In this document: positions 61,026 through 64,000 of the stretch, in pieces
Position numbering within the stretch: position 1 is the first letter of the stretch
Layout of the letters: every line of letters starts with the position of its first letter
Assembly: GCA_963805085.1 (NCBI GenBank)
Contig: CAWDTA010000004.1
Span: 192,001-256,000, forward strand
DNA: 64,000 bases
Source: an uncultured Veillonellaceae bacterium
GTDB taxonomy: Bacteria; Bacillota; Negativicutes; JARBTT01
Direction: 5' to 3'
The notes under the pieces: model-generated
Told to the model about the DNA's origin: nothing
Database searches by the model: none
Seen by the model: the letters and a program-made list of their open reading frames with translations, nothing else
Made by a program: the position numbers and the translations under genes

Positions 61026-61928
61026 CTATTGATGTATAAATTCTTGAAATGCCGGTGATTTTGTATACTCTTTAATAAAACTTACAAAATTTTGTCCAGC
61101 CTGGGATAAGCATTTATTACTACTCCATATAAGTAAAATACTCACAATCATTGCTGGCACAATTGGCACTACAGAAAAACTAGTTTCACCATGCGTTACC
61201 AAATTAGGCAATACAGAAATTCCTGACTTATTAGCTACCAGTTGCTTAATCGTTTTCAGTTGTGCCGTACAAAGCACTGTATCTGGGTAGAAGCCATTTT
61301 CCGCACAACGTGCATAAATTTCTTTATACTGATGCGTATTGGGATGTTGTAAAACAAATTTTTCATTTTTGAGCTCGCTAAAATGAACTGACGTTTTATT
61401 TCTAAGTGAATGCTCATTATTAACACACAAACACATGTGATCTTGCATGATGAGTTGACTATTTTTCATGCTCTTATCGTCACCTAAGATAATTCCCAAA
61501 TCAAGCTCGCCCTCTTCTAGCTTCGTTTGTACTTTTATTGATGAAACGTATTCCATAATACGTAATTCAATATTAGGATATAGCATTTTGAACTTAGCAA
61601 AAATGTCTGGAAATAGATACCCTTCAATCATCGGTGGAATTCCAAGTTTTAGCTCACCTTGTTCATTCTTTTGAAACTTGCGCATATGATGAATAGCATC
61701 TTCTACTGCACAAACAATTTTTTCTGCATGCACTAAAAATGCCTGACCTTCCGGTGTTAGTACGATATGTTTTTGACTACGATCGATTAGTATTACCTTA
61801 AGTTCCGCTTCCAATGTTTTAATCGCCTTGGTTACTGATGGCTGCGACACATGTAACAACTCTGCAGCCCGTGTAAAATTTTCAAGTTTACTAATCATAC
61901 AAAAATATTCAAGTTGTCGAAATTCCAT
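61026..61928 (-). CDS. LysR family regulator, divergent from malic enzyme
   Basis: MEFRQLEYF..NFTRAAELLHVSQPSVT HTH. Confidence 0.9.
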   Translation of the reverse strand: MEFRQLEYFCMISKLENFTRAAELLHVSQPSVTKAIKTLEAELKVILIDRSQKHIVLTPEGQAFLVHAEKIVCAVEDAIHHMRKFQKNEQGELKLGIPPMIEGYLFPDIFAKFKMLYPNIELRIMEYVSSIKVQTKLEEGELDLGIILGDDKSMKNSQLIMQDHMCLCVNNEHSLRNKTSVHFSELKNEKFVLQHPNTHQYKEIYARCAENGFYPDTVLCTAQLKTIKQLVANKSGISVLPNLVTHGETSFSVVPIVPAMIVSILLIWSSNKCLSQAGQNFVSFIKEYTKSPAFQEFIHQ

Positions 61929-62304
61929 TGTTCCACCTTCTCATGAATCCAGAAATATATAACCTTAGTAATCGTTTTTTATACTAAAAGACGATTACTA
62001 ATAATCATTGATTTTATTGTAACATTATTGGATATACTCTACTACTAAAATTTACAAACGATTCAATATTTGCTTCTACTATATGATAGGTATAAGAGCT
62101 AGTATAAAAATTACCAAAATCATTTAGTGACTCATCATTATTTTTTCATTTTTGGGAAACATAAAAACTGTCATCATCAAAAAAATATTCAAAAACTATA
62201 ACATATATTTGATGCACTGTATAAATATATGTTATAGTTCATGTAATGAATCATAATTATCAGAAGATTCATTAAAGTATTTTTTATATAAGGAGATAAC
62301 AATT

Positions 62305-63522
62305 ATGACAAACATAAACAAAGAACGAGTAGACTTATTTAAAAGCAAATTATCTATACGTTGTACTATTCCATTGGAAAACAACTACGACCTAAGTCGT
62401 GCGTATACTCCAGGTGTTGCGGAGCCCTGCAAAAAAATAAAATTAGATAAAGATTTATCTTTTGAATATACCAATCGAGGTAATATGATTGCCGTTGTTT
62501 CCGATGGAACACGGGTACTCGGGCTTGGCGATATTGGGCCTGAAGCAGCCATGCCTGTTATGGAAGGAAAATCTGTATTATTTAAAGCTTTTGCTGATGT
62601 TGATGCCATTCCAATCTGCTTAGATACCAAAGATCCTGGCGAAATCATTAAAATTGTAAGAGCATTGCAACCTTCTTTTGCTGGTATCAACTTAGAAGAT
62701 TTTTCATCACCAAAATGTTATGAAATCGAAAACAGCTTAAAGGAACAAATGGATATTCCCGTATTTCATGATGATCAGCATGGTACGGCAATTGCCTGTT
62801 GTTCTGCACTTATCGGGGCTCTACGTCTTGTCAAAAAAGAAATTAAAGATGTCAAAATAGTAGTCAATGGAGCCGGTGCCGCTGGTACTGCAATTGCACA
62901 ATTAATCTTGCATATCGGTGCAAAAAATATGATTGTTTGTAATAGTAAAGGCTCTATTTATGCTGGGCAACCTGGACTAAATAGAGTACAAGAAAAATTA
63001 GCACAACTTACAGGTGTGGCAAGACAAATTCCATTCAAAGATGCTGTAAGTAATGCTGATGTATTACTTGGAGTTTCTGCACCAGGTGTATTTACAGCAG
63101 AAATCATTAAAAGTATGAATAAAGATGCTATTGTTTTTGCTATGGCTAATCCTGTTCCCGAGTGTGATTATAGTGAAGCAAAAGCTGCTGGAGCTAAAGT
63201 CGTTGGCACTGGACGCTCTGACTTTCCTAATCAAGTGAACAATGTAAAAGTCTTTCCCGGCGTATTCCGTGGAGCAATTGATGTTCGTGCTAAAGCAATT
63301 AATGAAGAAATGAAAGTGGCTGCTGTTTATGCACTTGCAAATTTAATTCATGATGATGAGTTAACGGAAGAATACATTACACCTGATGCTTTTGACCCTA
63401 GAGTAGCACCAGCTGTTGCCGCTGCCGTTGCAAAAGCCGCAATGGATACTAGGGTTGCAAGAATCTATATAGATTCTGAGGAGATTCGTAAAAATACTGA
63501 AGAACGTGTAGCGAAAAATTAA
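62305..63522 (+). CDS. NAD(P)-dependent malic enzyme
   Basis: AYTPGVAEPC, VLGLGDIG, INLEDF, FHDDQHGT, GAGAAG, FAMANP, GRSDFPNQVNN. Confidence 0.93.
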   Translation: MTNINKERVDLFKSKLSIRCTIPLENNYDLSRAYTPGVAEPCKKIKLDKDLSFEYTNRGNMIAVVSDGTRVLGLGDIGPEAAMPVMEGKSVLFKAFADVDAIPICLDTKDPGEIIKIVRALQPSFAGINLEDFSSPKCYEIENSLKEQMDIPVFHDDQHGTAIACCSALIGALRLVKKEIKDVKIVVNGAGAAGTAIAQLILHIGAKNMIVCNSKGSIYAGQPGLNRVQEKLAQLTGVARQIPFKDAVSNADVLLGVSAPGVFTAEIIKSMNKDAIVFAMANPVPECDYSEAKAAGAKVVGTGRSDFPNQVNNVKVFPGVFRGAIDVRAKAINEEMKVAAVYALANLIHDDELTEEYITPDAFDPRVAPAVAAAVAKAAMDTRVARIYIDSEEIRKNTEERVAKN

Positions 63523-63622
63523 AACAAAAAGGATTGACTGCAACACGCATATCAATCCTTTTTAGTTTTAACGAGATTATTAATATATAAATGCCTGAAA
63601 TGACGACGATTTTGTATACTTT

Positions 63623-64000
63623 TTATAACTCTTTTCTATATTTAGATTTAGAATTTTTATTATGTATTCGTACTAGGCAATAATACAGCAAAGTGGTCAA
63701 GACTATTACACCTGCGGATGCCAAGTACATAAACCGATACCCTAGCTGTCCAGCTGCCAAACTTAAGATGAAAGATCCTATTCCGACACTGACATCCAAT
63801 GCTAAAAAATAAGTAGCTGTAGCAACCCCGGCTCGTACACTTGGAGAATGTTGAATTGCTAATGTTTGAAAAGCAGGACTGAGTGCACCAAAACCAATTC
63901 CGACGATTGCGGCTGAGATTAATAAACCTTGTAAATCTTGTATATAGCTTAGAAAAATCAGACCTAGTATAAATAAAAAAAATCCTGGATATATAACGTA
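63623..64000 (-). CDS. 3' end of an MFS transporter (runs off the window edge)
   Basis: Hand translation YVIYPGFFLFILG..GIGFGALSPAFQTLAI..RAGVATATYFLALD.., similar to 19912..21171. Confidence 0.8.
   Translation of the reverse strand, partial: YVIYPGFFLFILGLIFLSYIQDLQGLLISAAIVGIGFGALSPAFQTLAIQHSPSVRAGVATATYFLALDVSVGIGSFILSLAAGQLGYRFMYLASAGVIVLTTLLYYCLVRIHNKNSKSKYRKEL

Overview
AT-rich chromosomal window, most consistent with a Negativicutes (Selenomonadales/Sporomusaceae-like) firmicute; this is inferred from gene content. It is mostly metabolic, transport and regulatory genes: THF riboswitch-folT plus a divergent RPE-like gene, aspA, pan-motif-panBCD, kdpFABCDE, cls/cobO/two DUF445 genes, two gltP-like genes, PPi-type pfk, a DEAD-box helicase, an OmpR/HK pair, CIRCE-htpG, an MCP, an RND pump, an LDH-like/aminotransferase pair, a sulfite reductase-like gene, a DASS/lyase/LysR cluster, cidAB-cidR and malic enzyme. 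I saw no mobile elements, CRISPR arrays, rRNA or tRNA. Best candidate for an undescribed system (49.6-51.6 kb): a tandem YezD/DUF2292 (OscA-like) protein ending in YGDGI, matching the CysK-binding tail of E. coli CysE. It lies beside a sulfite reductase-like gene whose upstream region holds three covarying 21-nt hairpins, each overlapping an intrinsic terminator, which suggests CysK/OAS-gated RNA antitermination. Second candidate (34.9-36.2 kb): a ~155-nt CA-repeat sRNA and two FlxA-like genes that share an 11-bp-periodic TCAAAG promoter architecture, next to an OmpR-family two-component system. All family calls come from motif recognition by eye; no database searches were run.
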